A DNA stretch of 63,990 bases, filler included, from Jimgerdemannia flammicorona (GCA_003990765.1; 3 parts of 3 records of this genome joined end to end with filler, not necessarily neighbours in it), one strand, 5' to 3'. Counted from the whole stretch's first letter, positions 37,330 to 51,276 are shown. Made by a program: numbers and translations. The notes: a model not told the origin generated them from the sequence alone.

Positions 37330-39360
37330 ATGGTGACCAACGAGCATCCGGAGGTACGTACTGGGCAGGGTGGCCCTGGAGCGTTTGAATGGCAGCAAGT
37401 GGGGAGAGGCCCCGGCTTGGGGGGAAGTATGAGGGGCCTGCTGGCGGGGGGCCGTGGTGGAAGAGGGGGCAGAGCTGGAGGTCAAGGGTCTGGCAGGGTG
37501 AGCTTTGCGGAGAAGGTGAAGGGGGGTCAGCAGGGAGCAGGACTGGAGAGCTGGCTGAGAGGGGGAAAGGTACTGGTGATAGCTTCCAGGCAGCAACCTC
37601 TTGGGGGTGCCTCTCTAGAGGGCCATAGGAGTGGAGCTGGGGGGGTAGTGGCTGGGGTGGGGACTGCTGATGGGGGTATGACAAGTGATCTGGAAAAAAA
37701 TCTAGATGGGACTACTGATGGTGAGCCGAGCTGTGGGAAGGGCACGAGGCCCGGGGACCTGGCAGATGGTGTAATGGGACTGGCGGTGGCCCCGTTACTC
37801 AAGAAGTCGATCTCGGCGTTCACAGTCACACTGTGCTTCCGGGGCTTAGTAGTGATGGCAAAAATAGTATTGGGGCTTATCGCTAAGCAGGTGGCGGGAG
37901 CGGCTTCGGTGAAGTTTCTGAAGGGACTGGAGGGGGTGGAGGTGGGATTTGAGGAGGTAGAACTGCTGGAGGAGGTGCTGAAGGTTGGGTTAGTGGTTGG
38001 GAAGGTATATGTTCCGATGGCAAGGTGTTTGAAATGAGATCCGAGGGTGGTCCAACTGCTGGTGAAAGGAGTACCCACAGTGACAGCGATGGAGATGAGG
38101 AAGAGAGTGGAGGATGTCATGGCGGAGTATGGAGAGGTGGTGGATATCGGATTCAGGGTCTGGGAAGGGACCACGCTCAGGACTGGGGATGTGGATGTGA
38201 GGATTCGGCTGGCTGGGAAAGAGGCTACTGGGAAGATGAGAGACTGGCCTTCGGTGTTGGTCTGGGGGGCTTTTCTGTGCAAGGTGACATGGGTGAAGGG
38301 AAGTGAAGAAGAGGAGGAAGATTTATTGGAAGCACTGGAGGAGCTGGATGGGGCTGTGGAACGGCAAGCTAAGGCCTGGAAGACTTTCGAGGAGTCAATG
38401 CTCCTGGAGGTGGTGGATGGAAAGAGGATTCGAGTGGACAAGGTGCAGTGGGAAAGGGCTCAGGGGTGGAAGAGGCAGAAGGATTTGCTGGCTAAGCTGG
38501 GGGGTGGACCACAGAAGGATGCGAGCATGAAGACGGGTACAGAAGGGGCCGGAGCAAGCATCTGGGCTAGTGAGAGGAGTGGGAACAAAGGGGCAGGGTC
38601 AGGGCAGGCTAAGGAGGTGCAGATTAGAGACCTATATGCTGACGGCACCTTGGAGATTTGGGATGACAGCTGGGAGAACTCCCCCACCCCTTTCCCTCTA
38701 ATCAGGCAGGGCCCGGCTTCCAGGAACAAGCCTGGGGAGGACATGACGATGCTGGGTACCCAGCAGGTGAAATTCAGCATTCTGGAGGTGTTGGATGGGG
38801 ACCAAGTAGTGGCGGCAGGGGAGGAGGAACTGGTGGATGTCTCAGAGGTGTGGGATGAGGACGCGAGTGCGGAAGCAGACACCACGATGCTGGATGGAGG
38901 GAGGCTGGTGACCCCTGGTGGAAAGGAGGTGGGGAACCTACTTTGGATATGCTGAATGATGAATAACCTGGCAGCAGAAGAGCTGGGGGAGGTGGACTTG
39001 TGTGGGATGGGTGACGAGCACTGGACGAGAATTTTGCAGGGGGAAGGAGTGGTGATGGCGCTGAAGGCGGAAATTCTTACAGTGTATCTGGAGGAGGAAG
39101 GGTATGAGGTGGATAAGGAGAGGGAGGCAGAGTTGGCGGTGGTCGCTGGAGAGAAGGCAGAGTACTGTTGGAACAGGCATCATGGGTTGCAGCTTTGGCA
39201 GGAGGCTTGCATCGAGTACCGAGAGGAGTTTGAGGAGAAGGCTGATGAGGAGATGAATGAGCTGTTGGCTGGACTGGAGGCTCAGAGGGCTGAAGAGGAG
39301 GAGGTGATGGCTGAACATAATCTGGACATGGTACAGGAGGAGAGGGGCATGGAGCAGTAG
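37330..39360 (+). pseudogene. LINE-A2 ORF1 (~675 aa, two premature stops)
   Basis: In-frame ORF pieces 37330-38037, 38047-38955, 38956-39360. Confidence 0.88.
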
Positions 39361-39367
39361 AGATTGA

Positions 39368-42300
39368 TTGAGAACCAACCGTAATTTTATTATAAATAGT
39401 ACAACCAACATTTTTTCTTTGAATGTGAATGGGCTAAGGGGCGCAGTTAGATGCAGGAACATTTTTCTTTGGTTGAAGGGATTGGAGGCCAATCTCTTCC
39501 TCTTGCAGGATGTCCGGTGCGAGGATGATGCTGATAGGATGGAATGGACTAAGGAATGGGGTGGTATTGCGATTTGGAACAACAAGGTTGGGATTCTGGT
39601 TCGGAAAGGCAGAGAGGAGATAAAGGATGTGAGGAGCTGGGGGGAGAGACTGGTCTGGGGTGAGTGGATTCGAGCAGGTTGGGAGCCGGTCACAGTTGGC
39701 TCCTGCTACTGCCCTGCGGTGCGGGGGGAGTGTGTGGATTGGGTGAAAGGGCTCCTGGAGAGTGGGATCCTTGCTGAAGCTGGGTTGGATATGCTTGGAG
39801 GAGATTTCAATATGGTTTGAGATGTATGGCTGGATAGAACTGATGGAGGATGGGGTGCGGAGAGCAGGAGTGGAGGGTTAGCGATGTGGGAGGAGGTTGA
39901 AAGGCTAGGAGCACTGGTGGATACTGGTAGGGAGCACTGGGGGGACAGGAGAGTATATATGCATTGGGCTGGAGGTCTGGGGACAAGGATTGACTGGATT
40001 CTGACAGCCGACTGTTGGGGCCACGATGTCTGGAAGGTGATAGAGGTAGAATGGTATCCGTGGTCAGATCACTGGGGCCTCTTGGGACAGGGGTGTTTTG
40101 GGGGAAGTAGAGATGGGCCTGGACATTGGTGCCTGAATTCCTCCTTGTTGGATGATGAGGTCCAGTGGGAGGAGTGGGCAAAAGACATTCAGCTGAAGGT
40201 GGTGAATTGGCGGCAGGAAGGGGCCGCGATTGGGGTTCGGTGAATGAGGATGAAAGAGATGGCCAGGATGTATTGGAGCAAGGTTGGCAGGGTGGCTGGG
40301 AGGCAGCAAAGGCAGAAAGTGCGTTGGGCTTCTACTAGATTGGCTAGGCTCCTGGAGGAGTGGGTGAGACTGGCTGCAGTGGAGGGAGAAGAGGATTGGA
40401 GAATAACGAGGGTGAGGATGGAGGTTGGGGAACTGCAACAGGTACTGCGGGAAGAGGAAGAGGCAAGGGTGCAAGGCCTGGTGGTACGGCTTCGTTGGCA
40501 GGGGGTGGAGGAAGGGGAAAGGCCTTCCAAGTTTCTCACAAGGACACTTCAAGCGAGAAGGGTACAGCAGCGGTGGGAAGGGGTACTTGACTCGGATGAT
40601 GTACTAGTGCATGGTGTACAGGACATCCTTGGAATGCTGAAGGCGTGATGGAGTGGATTGTGGAGTGAGGAGGAGGGTGGGGTGGATGCTACAGCCATTG
40701 ACCAAATATTAGAAGATTGGCACCCACCATGAGCTGAGAGACTAGGTGATCTAGTGATGCCTGTAAAGGAGGACGAGATCCACCAGGTTCTTGCCACGAC
40801 AGCCTCGGGCATGGCGCCTGGGGAGGATGGCCTCCCCTGGGATTTCTGGAAGTGAATGGTTGGAGTCCCGGGCATATTGGGGGAGCTGACAGTACTGTGT
40901 GACTCTATATTGCAGTCAGGGAGATGGGTGGGGGAGCAAGACCTTGGGCTGGTGACGCTGCTTTATAAGAACAAGGGAAGGCGAGAGGATTGGAAGAACT
41001 GGCGGCCGATAATGTTGCTAGATATGGACAGGAAGTTGGTGACTAAGGTGGTGGTCGCAAGGCTACAGAAGGTGGCCCAGCAAATTGTGGATGTTGAACA
41101 GAGGGGCTTCATAGGGGGTCGGCTCATTAGAGATGGCATGGCCTGGGTACATGGAGTTATTGAAGGTGCTCGAGCCTGTGGACTGGATGGGCATCTTGTC
41201 TTCTTGGATCAGAAGAAGGCTTATGACTGGGTGCGGCGAGTCTGGCTGGCGAAAGTATTAGATAGAATTGGAGTTCCGGCCCCATTTTGGTCGGCGATGG
41301 TCAGCCTACTGGAAAGGAGTAGGGCTGCACTCATGTGCAATGGGCATCGAGGGGTGGCTTTCCCTCTGGATAGGGGAGTGCCCCAGGGGGACCCACTGTC
41401 CCCCATTTTGTATGCTCTTTTCTTGGAACCTCTCATGGATAGGATTTGGTGGAGGATCGTGGGGCTCTCTATCTATGGAGTTGGCTGGAAGGTTGGAGCC
41501 TTTGCGGATGACATGGTGGTTGGATTGAGAGTGACTGCGGATGTGGAGGAGCTCCAGAAGACAGTGGAGTGGTATGAGGCGAACTCTGGGGTGAAGCTGA
41601 ATTGACACAAGTACGAAACAATGGTGCTGGGCAATGGCTTGGTGGGTGGAGAAGTTATTGGAACAATTGTCCCCACCAGAGAGGCAGTGCGGTACTTGGG
41701 CATCTATTTGTCAGTCTATGGGTCTGTTTTGCCCAGGCTGTGGTGGGAGCAGAGGATTGGAATTTGGGAGGAGGACCTGCGGGATTGGGGGGGTAGACAC
41801 TTCTCTCTAGCAGGAAGGATCTCGGTTTTGAATGTTTACTGGCTGCCGAAGCTGTGGTATTTGGCCTATCATCTGGACTTCCCAGCCTGGGTGGTGAAGA
41901 GATTGGTGAAGGTGGCCAAAGGATGGATTTGGGCTGGCAGACAGAGTCAGATTGGTTGGGAGACTCTGTCCCTACCAGTGGCGAGAGGTGGTCTTGGGCT
42001 GGTGGACTTCCCAAGAGACTACACTGCTTGTGGGCTTGGTGGCTGAGGAGGGCAGTAGAGTTACATGGAGGGGGCTGGGTCCCCTTGCTGCAGAGAATAT
42101 GGGAGAGGAGGACATCACCTAGAGGCTTGACTGGTGATCTTCTTTCATTAGTTGGGCTTCAGAATACTGTGCAACTGAGATATAAAGGCTTTTGGTGGGG
42201 TATAGCCGAGAGGGTACACCACATTGGTATTCGCTGGCGAGGGGATGAGGGGGAGAGAGCTTGGGGCCTGGTGATGTGGAGATGGGATAGCATTCTTCTG

Positions 42301-43047
42301 GGAGGCATGCCTTTACTGGAGTTCAATATTTGTGATGGTATCGAATGCCAAAGGGGACCGGGCCAGGATCTGTGGCCTAGTGGTTGACAAGGAGTTGGAA
42401 TTGGTGAGGAGTGGGACTGGCATGGGGTTTGGACCTGGAGTGCCGCAGTGAAAAATTGGATGCTGCCAAAGTACTGGATAGTCTGGTGGCGTGTGCTGAG
42501 GAGGAATATGATGCTTAACTTCTGCTCAGGACACCTTGTTGTCGGGGGCTGCTTTGACTGCGAGGAGTGCCATAATGTAGGGCAGGAAGGGGGATTGGTA
42601 CAGACGCCAGAACATTGGCTAGGGGAGTGTGAGGTGTTGGGAGACTTTTGGCAGGCCATTGAGGTCTGCTTGGGGGTAAGGCATAGGGGTGATGATGTAT
42701 GGGGGAGGTGGGAGGACCTGAGGGATCGATTGATAGGAGGGATAGGGGAGGAGTGGGTTATGCTAGGCTGGGCGTTGGCTATTTGGGTTGGGCTGGCCAG
42801 CCACTGGCTATTTGTATTTGAGGAGGGGGAGCGACAGAGCTTGGGGAGCTGGCTAGCAAGATAGCAGTTCCTTATGGAGGATATCTTGACAGGCTGGTGG
42901 CATGGTTGGGGGCTGCAGGGGGGTCGGAGGCACCACTTGATGGTGAGAATCTGTGGTCAGAGTGGTGGGAGAGTTGGAGTTGTTGGTGAGAGGGTGGTCT
43001 TTATACATGAAGAGGTGGGGTGGGGCCCCCTGATGGGAATCGGTTAG
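39368..43047 (+). pseudogene. LINE-A2 ORF2 (APE endonuclease-RT-Cys/His)
   Basis: NIFSLNVNGL, GGDFN, WSDH; WKNWRPIMLL, GVPQGDPLSP, AFADD; CFDCEECH..EHWLGEC. Confidence 0.93.
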
Positions 43048-43111
43048 TGGGTGAGGATATTGTATACTTATTCATAGACTGGTAATAAAGAAGGAGTCCA
43101 AGGGACTATAA

Positions 43112-43211
43112 NNNNNNNNNNNNNNNNNNNNNNNNNNNNNNNNNNNNNNNNNNNNTTAATTAATTAANNNNNNNNNNNNNNNNNNNNNNNNNNNNNNNNN
43201 NNNNNNNNNNN
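43112..43211. other. Scaffold gap with artificial TTAATTAATTAA spacer
   Basis: 100 bp N/12-mer/N. Confidence 0.98.
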
Positions 43212-46200
43212 CTATCAAAAACTATCTCCACCCACCCACCACTCTGTTCACAGATCCCTTCCACCAGATGGTGATGGTGCCCACCTTGTGGTCCCCATCC
43301 AACCCACCACTCCATCCCTGAACTACTGCCCACCATCTAAGGATCCAAAGGATTTGGCTTATTGAACAAGGCCCCAACCCAACCACTATGAGCAAAGAAG
43401 AACAATTCTATAAGAAGATTGAAGATGGATATATACCAAGTGGCCAATGCCCTCATGGCATTGGAATGTACTCTTCCCAAATAATTGATGATTGCTTCTC
43501 TTATGTCAATGAACTGGCTCAAAAAAAAACCAACAGAAGGAAAAGTCCTATAACTGAAATCACCACTATTGGATTAGACAAATTACTTACACTTAAAGCC
43601 TTTGTCAACTGAGTACCTGTCAAGATTATGATAGACAGTGGTGCCTCAGGCAACTTCATCAATAAAGAGACAGCCAACAGACTCAAGGTCTTCACCTCTC
43701 TAGTATAGCAAACTCAAGCAGTTGCTACAGCTGATGGAACCTCACATATTATTAGCAAAGAAGTCCACAATCTACCCTTCCAAATTGGTAACTACCAAGT
43801 ACATGTTACCCTCCAAATTGTACCACTTCCTGATAATGAAATCATCCTTGGGACTCTATGGTTAAAACAAGAGAACCCTATGATCGATTGGGTAAACCAT
43901 TCTCTGATCATCAAGAAAGGATGCCATAACTTCAAACTGCAAGGTGAAAAGGACCCACTTAATTCTAGTGACCCTAGACCAAAGATCACCCACATCAATA
44001 AGCTACAACTTAAGAAATTGGCCAAGAAATATCCTCTCTTCGCCATCTCCATCCATCCATCCAAAGGAGAACCTGAGAACTCTGAAGAAGATTTTTCCAA
44101 AGTTGACAGCCATGTCAGACCACTACTCTAGAAATTTTGAGACATATTCCCAAAGAAGCTCCTGAAAGGCCTACCTCCTAAATGAGCAGTAGACTATACC
44201 ATCAAGACTATCCCAGATACCAAACCAGCCTTCAAGTCAATCTACCACATGTCTCCGAGAGAAATTGATGTACTCAAGAAAGAAATTGACAAACTCCTAA
44301 AACAAGGATTCATCAGACCCAGTATATCACCTTATGGTGCACCAGTCCTATTTGTTGTCAAGAAAGGAGGAGATCTGTGAATGTGCATTGACTACCATGA
44401 TCTCAATGAACAGACCATCTAGAACTATTGCCCACTACTGAGGATTGATGAAATATTCAATAGGCTCACCAACCCACAATTCATGAGCTCTTTTGACCTG
44501 TGAAATGGTTACTGGCAAATTGCCATAAAAGAAGAAGACATCTACAAGACAGCTTTCTGAACTCACTATGGACACTTTGAGTTCCTGATTATGCCCTTTG
44601 GCCTAACTAATGCTCCTGCAACCTTTCAGACCCTGATGAATACTATCCTGCACCCATACCTGGACAAATTCGTTGTTATCTACATTGATGACATCCTAGT
44701 CTTCAGCAAAACCCTGGAGGAACATCTTGAATACCTTGAACTAGTACTACTGAAACTCCGAGAAAACCAACTCTTTGCAAAACTCAGCAAGTGTGAATTT
44801 CTCCTGAAAGAAATTCAATTCCTTGGACATATTGTCACTCCAAATGGAATCAAAGTAGACCCCAGCAAAATCTTTACAATCAAAGATTGGCCCAGACCCA
44901 AGAAGCTGAAAGACCTCCAGTCATTCCTGGGATTAGCAAACTATTATAGGCGATTTGTTGCCAACTTTGCTAAAATTACTACCACCCTCACCCAAATGAC
45001 CAAGTACAGCAAGAAACAAGAATACCCCTGGACCATGAAACAAGAGAAAGACTTCAACAATCTTGTAACTTGGAGATCTGAACAAGATACTGCCTTTCAA
45101 GCACTAAAAGATGCCCTGATAACCACTCCAGTACTTCAAGTGGCAAATCCTGTCCTATTATATGAAGTTACTACTGATGCCTCTGACCTAGCTCTTGGAG
45201 CAGTACTCATGCAAGAAGGACACCCTGTGGCCTATCACTCTCGCAAGTTCAATGATGCTGAAATCAACTATGCAACCCACAAAAAGGAAATGCTAGCCAT
45301 CATAGATACTCTGATCAAATGGTGACCATATCTAGAAGGAGCACACTTTACTGTATTGACTGACTACAAGTCATTAGTCAATATCAAGACACAGGCTACC
45401 CTTTCTCGAAAGCAAGCCAGATGGATGAAAGTCCTCACCAACTTTGACTATGAAATCCAATATCACCCTGGCAAGGAAAATATTGTTGCTGATGCAATCT
45501 CCAGACCACTCATTGAAGAAGTTATTCAAACTCTCACCTTGGTTACCAATACTATTATGGAGCAAATTATTGCAGCATGTGCTGATGATAAGGAAGCTCA
45601 AGCACTGCGAGAAATCCTGAATAGTGATAATACTGACAAGTATACACAGTATTACCAATACCAACTGAAGGACAATGCTATTAACTACAAAGACAGACTG
45701 TATATCCCAAACAACCGAGACCTCTGAAGGACTATCCTATTCAAATGTCATGATGTCCCTACAGCTGGACATTTAGGATTCAATAAATGTTACAAAGTTA
45801 TCTCCCAAAACTTCTATTGGCCCTACATGGCAGATCAGCTCAAAATCTACATTACTTCCTATGATGCCTGCCAACGAAACAAGTCCTCAATACTAGCAAA
45901 ACCTGGCTTACTTCACTCTATCCCAGTACCATCTGCATATTGGAAACAAATCTCTATGGACTTCATTGTACAACTACCCTGAACCAAGAACAGGAAAGAT
46001 GCAATTGTTGTCTTTGTGAATTACCTCAGCAAACAAGCCCACTTTATGCCTACTACCACTACTGCAACAGCACCAGACATAGCCACACTCTTATTTGACA
46101 ACATCTTCCACTATCATGGTCTTCCTAAGATCATTGTTAGTGACCGAGACTCAAAATTCACCAGCTATTTTTGGAAAACCCTCCATGCACATCTTGGAAC

Positions 46201-47452
46201 AAAACTTGCACTATCTACAACCTTTCACCCAGAAACTGATGGCCAAACTGAAAGAATGAACCAAACTCTGGAACAAATACTAAGGAACTATGTTTCCTTC
46301 AGATAAGATGACTGGCATGAATACCTCACTGCAGTCGAGTTTGCCTATAACAATAGCAAGCAAGCCTCTCTTGGAATGACCCCATTCTTCACCAATACTG
46401 AACAAACCCAAACACCCCTTTGATACTTATCCGAACCACTGAAGAACCCTCTACAGTTGAAGCTGTTGAAGAATTCTTACTCCAAATGTACAATTTAAGC
46501 CAGATTACCATCGAGAATTTATCACGAGCTCAAGAACAACAGTCACAGTATGTTAACCAACACTGCTGAGAAGAAACCTTTGATATTAGAGAAAAAGTTC
46601 TACTGGACATCAGAGGATACTGAGTTGACAACCTCAAGTATAGACCATCTACAAAGCTGAACAGCAAGTTCATTGGACCATTTGAAGTCATTACACAAGT
46701 CTCTCCAACCTCCTACAAATTGGCACTACTAGACACTATTAAGATTTACCCAGTCTTCAATATTCAATATCTCAAGCAATACAATGAGAATGATGATGAA
46801 CTATTCCCTAACTGAACCATAAAACCACCTATACCTGTCATTATTAATGACCAAGAAGAGTACGAAGTTGAACAAATCCTCAACAAATGTAGCCACAAGA
46901 ACCACCCTGAGTACCTTGTTAAATAGAAAGGTTATCCAATCCATGATACAATCTGGGAACCCAAGACCAACCTCCAGAATGCTACCAACCTAGTTCAGGA
47001 ATATGATTCCTTGAACAACTAAAACCAAATACTCCACACCTATCTATACATACTATATATTATCCTCCCAAACACTATAATTATCAAAAAAAAAAAATCA
47101 AGAACTCAGCAAAACAAAACAAGAATACCGACCCTCTGGAAAAAATAGCAAAACTGAAAGCCAGCCTATTCTCCCCATACCACTGATGGGAAATGAGGCA
47201 TAGATATTTAAGAAGATTCCATAGAGGAAATTCTCCAGCAGTGAATAATGTCAGAATCACTTCTGGCACATGGCATTAAACATATGACCCTTTAATATGT
47301 GAATCCAATGCATTAGGCAACTGTACTATAAGTATGCCACTTTCTGAGAAAAATGGACTTCACCAGACTTTTGACCTCCCAAATAGTGTAACAACACTAG
47401 AACAAAATTAGAAGGCCCTAATGAGGATGTCGAAAGCTAAGAAGGAGAGAGT

Positions 47453-49170
47453 TGTAAGCACATAACCACCAAGCCACCAAAATCACATGTGGCCTCTGAA
47501 CAAATCTAGAAACCACCTGCTTGATCACAAAGCTGAGTCAATATGAAGTCACAGAACACAAGATTCATATAAATGGAATCTTACCAATCAGGACCAAATG
47601 CATATATACCAAGCACTGAGATGTGTTGAATCAGAGAACTAAAACAAACAACAACCACAACTTCCAAACACACAAACATGACCACCGAGATCTATATCTG
47701 TATCCGTGCTGACATTTGGAATGCCATTGTCAACTGAGCCACATCCCCTCTACCCCTCATGAATATCCATAGCCTAGCACCCCTCTACTTCATGGAAGCT
47801 CAATGGAATGCTCTGAACATGCTTAGCAAGGCCCACCAAATCAGACAAATCTCAAGCTACTACCAGATCAGCCGCCTCCTGGAAGACATGGTTGAACACT
47901 ACTACGATACAGACATTACCCAGATATCTCAACACTAGAAGCTCATCACCCACAAACATCGAGAACTCTTCTATGAGTATAGCTCCATTATTCCCTGCCT
48001 CCAAGTTACTACAGTCAAAATGGTTGCTATTCTGTCCTATGGCCAAATTGACAACATAATACAAGAACTCAATCACAAGTATCTCGAGTATGTCAAAACC
48101 ACAGACAGAACCTTCCCACACTCCAATGATCATATCCTGCAAATGCCCCAAGTTGGATATGCCATGAAGGATATCTATAATATAATCCACTTCGATGAAG
48201 ATGAAGTAGAAGACAATGATCCCTCTGATGCTGACATGACCTCTAGCTAAGGATCTCTACCAATGCTGATCACACTGTCAACCTTACCGATGAACTTACA
48301 ATAATTTATAACAGCATACGAGACTTATTGGGACAATGATCACTGGTATGAATACTAATCCACATTCACCCCCGATTACTTCAACTACAATGAAGAGACC
48401 AGAGAATACAACCTGTACCTCCAGACAACCCTCGAGATTGAACCAACCACTCCACCACCTGAGTATGAGTGACATGAACTATAGCCACCAGCTTACTACA
48501 ACCCTGCAACTCATAGTACTGTAACTTATAGAAGGTATGCAGATAGTGAAACCAATGAAAGCAAAGATGATGCACCCCTTCTTTGCCCACCAATACCTTA
48601 CCCAGTATATGAGACTGATGATGCCATCTTGTGGGATGAAGATGAAGTTCCAATGTATTATTACCTCAGTGAACAAGGAGAAGTAATCTGCAAACCACTC
48701 TTCCTGGATGACTACTTCATCAGAGATGATGCAATCGATGGTGATATCATCAAAGACTACCCAGACAATGTCTAAACCTATAAATAGCCTAGCAGTCATA
48801 GTGTAGTTAGATTAGCCTTATACAATGTAACTGTAAACTGACTCAGCAAGTCAGATGATCTCTTAATATGTTAGATCACACTTGTACTATGTAACTGCAT
48901 TCCAACTCAGCAAGGCACTTAGTGCTACATCCATATCTAGCATAGTCCAGATAGCCCCTCACTAGTATAAATATCCCCTCCCCCAGACCTTAGAATCTCA
49001 GACTTGAAAGACTTGAACAATCCAAACACCACTCTTGAGCACTTCTCCACAATATCCCTTCACACAACTACTCTTAGTATAGCAATAGCATGAATAGCAA
49101 ATAAACCTATTTAATAACCCACAAATCACTCTTAAGTAAATCTGCTCCCCATTAGGTCCCACTCCTAACA
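47453..49170 (+). repeat. Putative G4 3' LTR (~1.7 kb) containing an ORF
   Basis: TGTAAG directly after the PPT; TATAAATATCCCC ~48966; AATAAA ~49099; ends CCTAACA; no partner LTR in the window. Confidence 0.6.
47678..48775 (+). pseudogene. Accessory ORF within the putative G4 LTR (~365 aa, unknown)
   Basis: ATG in an A-rich context, TATA-like upstream; MTTEIYICIRADIWNAIV.. to ..DIIKDYPDNV*; stops and frameshifts in the acidic second half. Confidence 0.65.
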
Positions 49171-50149
49171 CCATCACAAAATTTTCTAATTGGGTATTGT
49201 CTGCAGCAATATGCCAATTCAACTAAGCTGGTCTTAGTTTCTTGAACTTCCTGAAATATAGAAAATTCTGAACATCCAGAACTAGTCCAAAAAAGGACTT
49301 TGGTTGAGACGTCAACCTGAACTTAAAATCAAAAAGCATAGAGGATGTACTCCATATGAAATTGATCTTGACCATAAGAAAATGGTCTTCTAGAACATCC
49401 AGAACTTCCGGAAAAACCTTCCAGAACTACATAATGGTTACCCTAAAAAGCAACCCTCTTATATTATTGATATAGACAAAGAGCTATTTTCCAATCTTAT
49501 TACTGAAGACTCTATTCATCATTTACTGAAAACTTGTTGGGGCATTATATATTCCAAATGGTATTTATAGGTACATCAGATATAATAAAGGCTGATTTCT
49601 CACTAGTATCTTGAGTGAGATCAATCTGATAGAAGTCTGAGAACAGATCTAAGGTAGTATAGTATTTGGCTTTGCTTCCAAGAGTGGTAAGGATTTCTTG
49701 AATATTTGACAAGAGCTATCTATCTTTCTTGGTAATTGTATTGAGCTTTCTGTAATCAATGTAGAGTCTTGGGGCAAACTCTCTAGACTTGCTTCCTTTC
49801 TTTAGAGCAAGGACAATGGGTGAAGCCTAGGGGCTGATAGCTTGCTTGATGATTCCAGCTTTTTTTATTTCCTTGAGTTCTGCTCACAGCTATTCTCTGT
49901 AGGCAGGTAGTATAGGTCTGGCTTTCTGGTAGATAGACTTGATATTGCTGGTGTCAACTTCATAGTAATACTTGGGTTCTTAATTATGAATATCCCTGAA
50001 GTCTATGGTAAGTACTCCTTCATTCTGGTGCAGGATCTTGAGAAGTTGTTCTTTTAGAAAAAAGTTTTCTCTAATAATATATGTGTACTTGTTCTGATTC
50101 TTATCTTTCTTATACTCAAGTTTGGTAATCTTGGTGGCAGTATAGACTC

Positions 50150-50570
50150 CTCTTCCAGTAGATCCAAAGTCTTGTTCTCTTCTTTTAGTCTTGATGAGTT
50201 CAATGGCTTCAGTGATCTTGGACTTCTTGACTTTATAAATCAGCATCTGGCCAATTCTGTCATACTTCTTGACTTTGAATAGAGTGGTAAAGTTGTGATT
50301 CCTGACTATGAGGAAGATCTTATCAGTATAATCAGAGTCAATTACTCCTCCTTTAACTGAGATTTCACTTTTGGCTAGACTGCTCCTGGTCTTAATGATT
50401 CTGGTATAGTTCTCTGGTAACTTGACTCCAATTTCAGTACCAAGTAGAGTGGTGATCTGTGGTTCAAGAATAGTATCTTGAATACTGGCAAGGTCTATTT
50501 CTATGGTTTCTTCAGTCTTGTATTCTGGGATCTTGGCTTTAGGGTGAAACTTCTTAACCTTAAGAGTAGT
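50150..50570 (-). pseudogene. dUTPase domain in G6 (between protease and RT)
   Basis: EIDL, TRSSLA, GGVIDSDYTDKI, DRIGQ, RREQDFGSTG. Confidence 0.85.
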
Positions 50571-50779
50571 GTCTAGTTCTTGTTCCTTCTCATCATTACT
50601 ATTAGCTTGAAGCTCTGGGGGCTGGTCATCTTCTTCAGCTTCTCTTTTTGCTTCAGCAGCTTATTGCTCAAACTTTTGTTAGTAGATTTTCCTAACTTTA
50701 CTGATACAGAACTAGCAGCCATTCAGGTGTTTAGAGTAGTATATTCTAATACTATGGGGGCATCTTCCTTGAGAGATAT

Positions 50780-51182
50780 TGTAATGGTTCTAGTTTCTAA
50801 ATGAGGAAGTAACTAATTCTGATAGTTCTAAGTAGCTCGAAGAGATACTAAGGATTCAAGTATTCTCAAAGGATTTCTGAGAGAAAATATTCTGAGACTT
50901 TATTCATGAGAACAAAGGGGATATTTATACAAGATCTGAAAGAAGGATCTGGAAGGATCTGAGAAATCAAAGGAAAATGCTAAGAGGAAAGTTCTTGGCA
51001 AAGATGACAAATGATGACAAATAAAGTTCTACAAGTTTCCAGGACAATCAGTGACTAACTAAATAAGTACTAGAGGAGGCTCAGTGCCAAGAAAGGATTT
51101 CTAAGCATTTGGAAAGTACTAGAAGGTTGTAGAATATTGAAGAAAGACAAAGAAAAGAAATAAACTATGCTAAAATGTTACA
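50780..51182 (-). repeat. G3 3' LTR (403 bp)
   Basis: TGTAATGG...TGTTACA; repeat of 56146-56558. Confidence 0.95.
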
Positions 51183-51276
51183 TCTCCCCCTCCTTAAAAA
51201 TCAATGTCCTCATTGAATTCTCAAAGTTACACAAAATAAACAATAAGACTAAAAGAAACTTCAAATTAAATATATT

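Larger units (their letters stand above)
37253..43111 (+). mobile_element. LINE family A copy A2, full length, youngest-looking (most CpG retained)
   Basis: Shared 5' end with A1; ORF1 and ORF2; AATAAA and terminal GAGTCCAAGGGACTATAA running into the gap. Confidence 0.95.
43212..49170 (+). mobile_element. Ty3/Gypsy chromovirus G4 (5' part lost in gap)
   Basis: dUTPase motif-5 remnant *GSKGFG (~43340); protease [30 protein letters not shown]; RNase H TTDAS; integrase; chromodomain EEYEVEQIL..YLVK*KGY..IWEP (~46850-47020); PPT 47439-47451. Confidence 0.92.

Noticed and set aside
47419..47436. CTAATGAGGATGTCGAAA resembling a hammerhead core
   Set aside because: It is the usual GAGGAC motif upstream of Gypsy PPTs, seen in the other elements.
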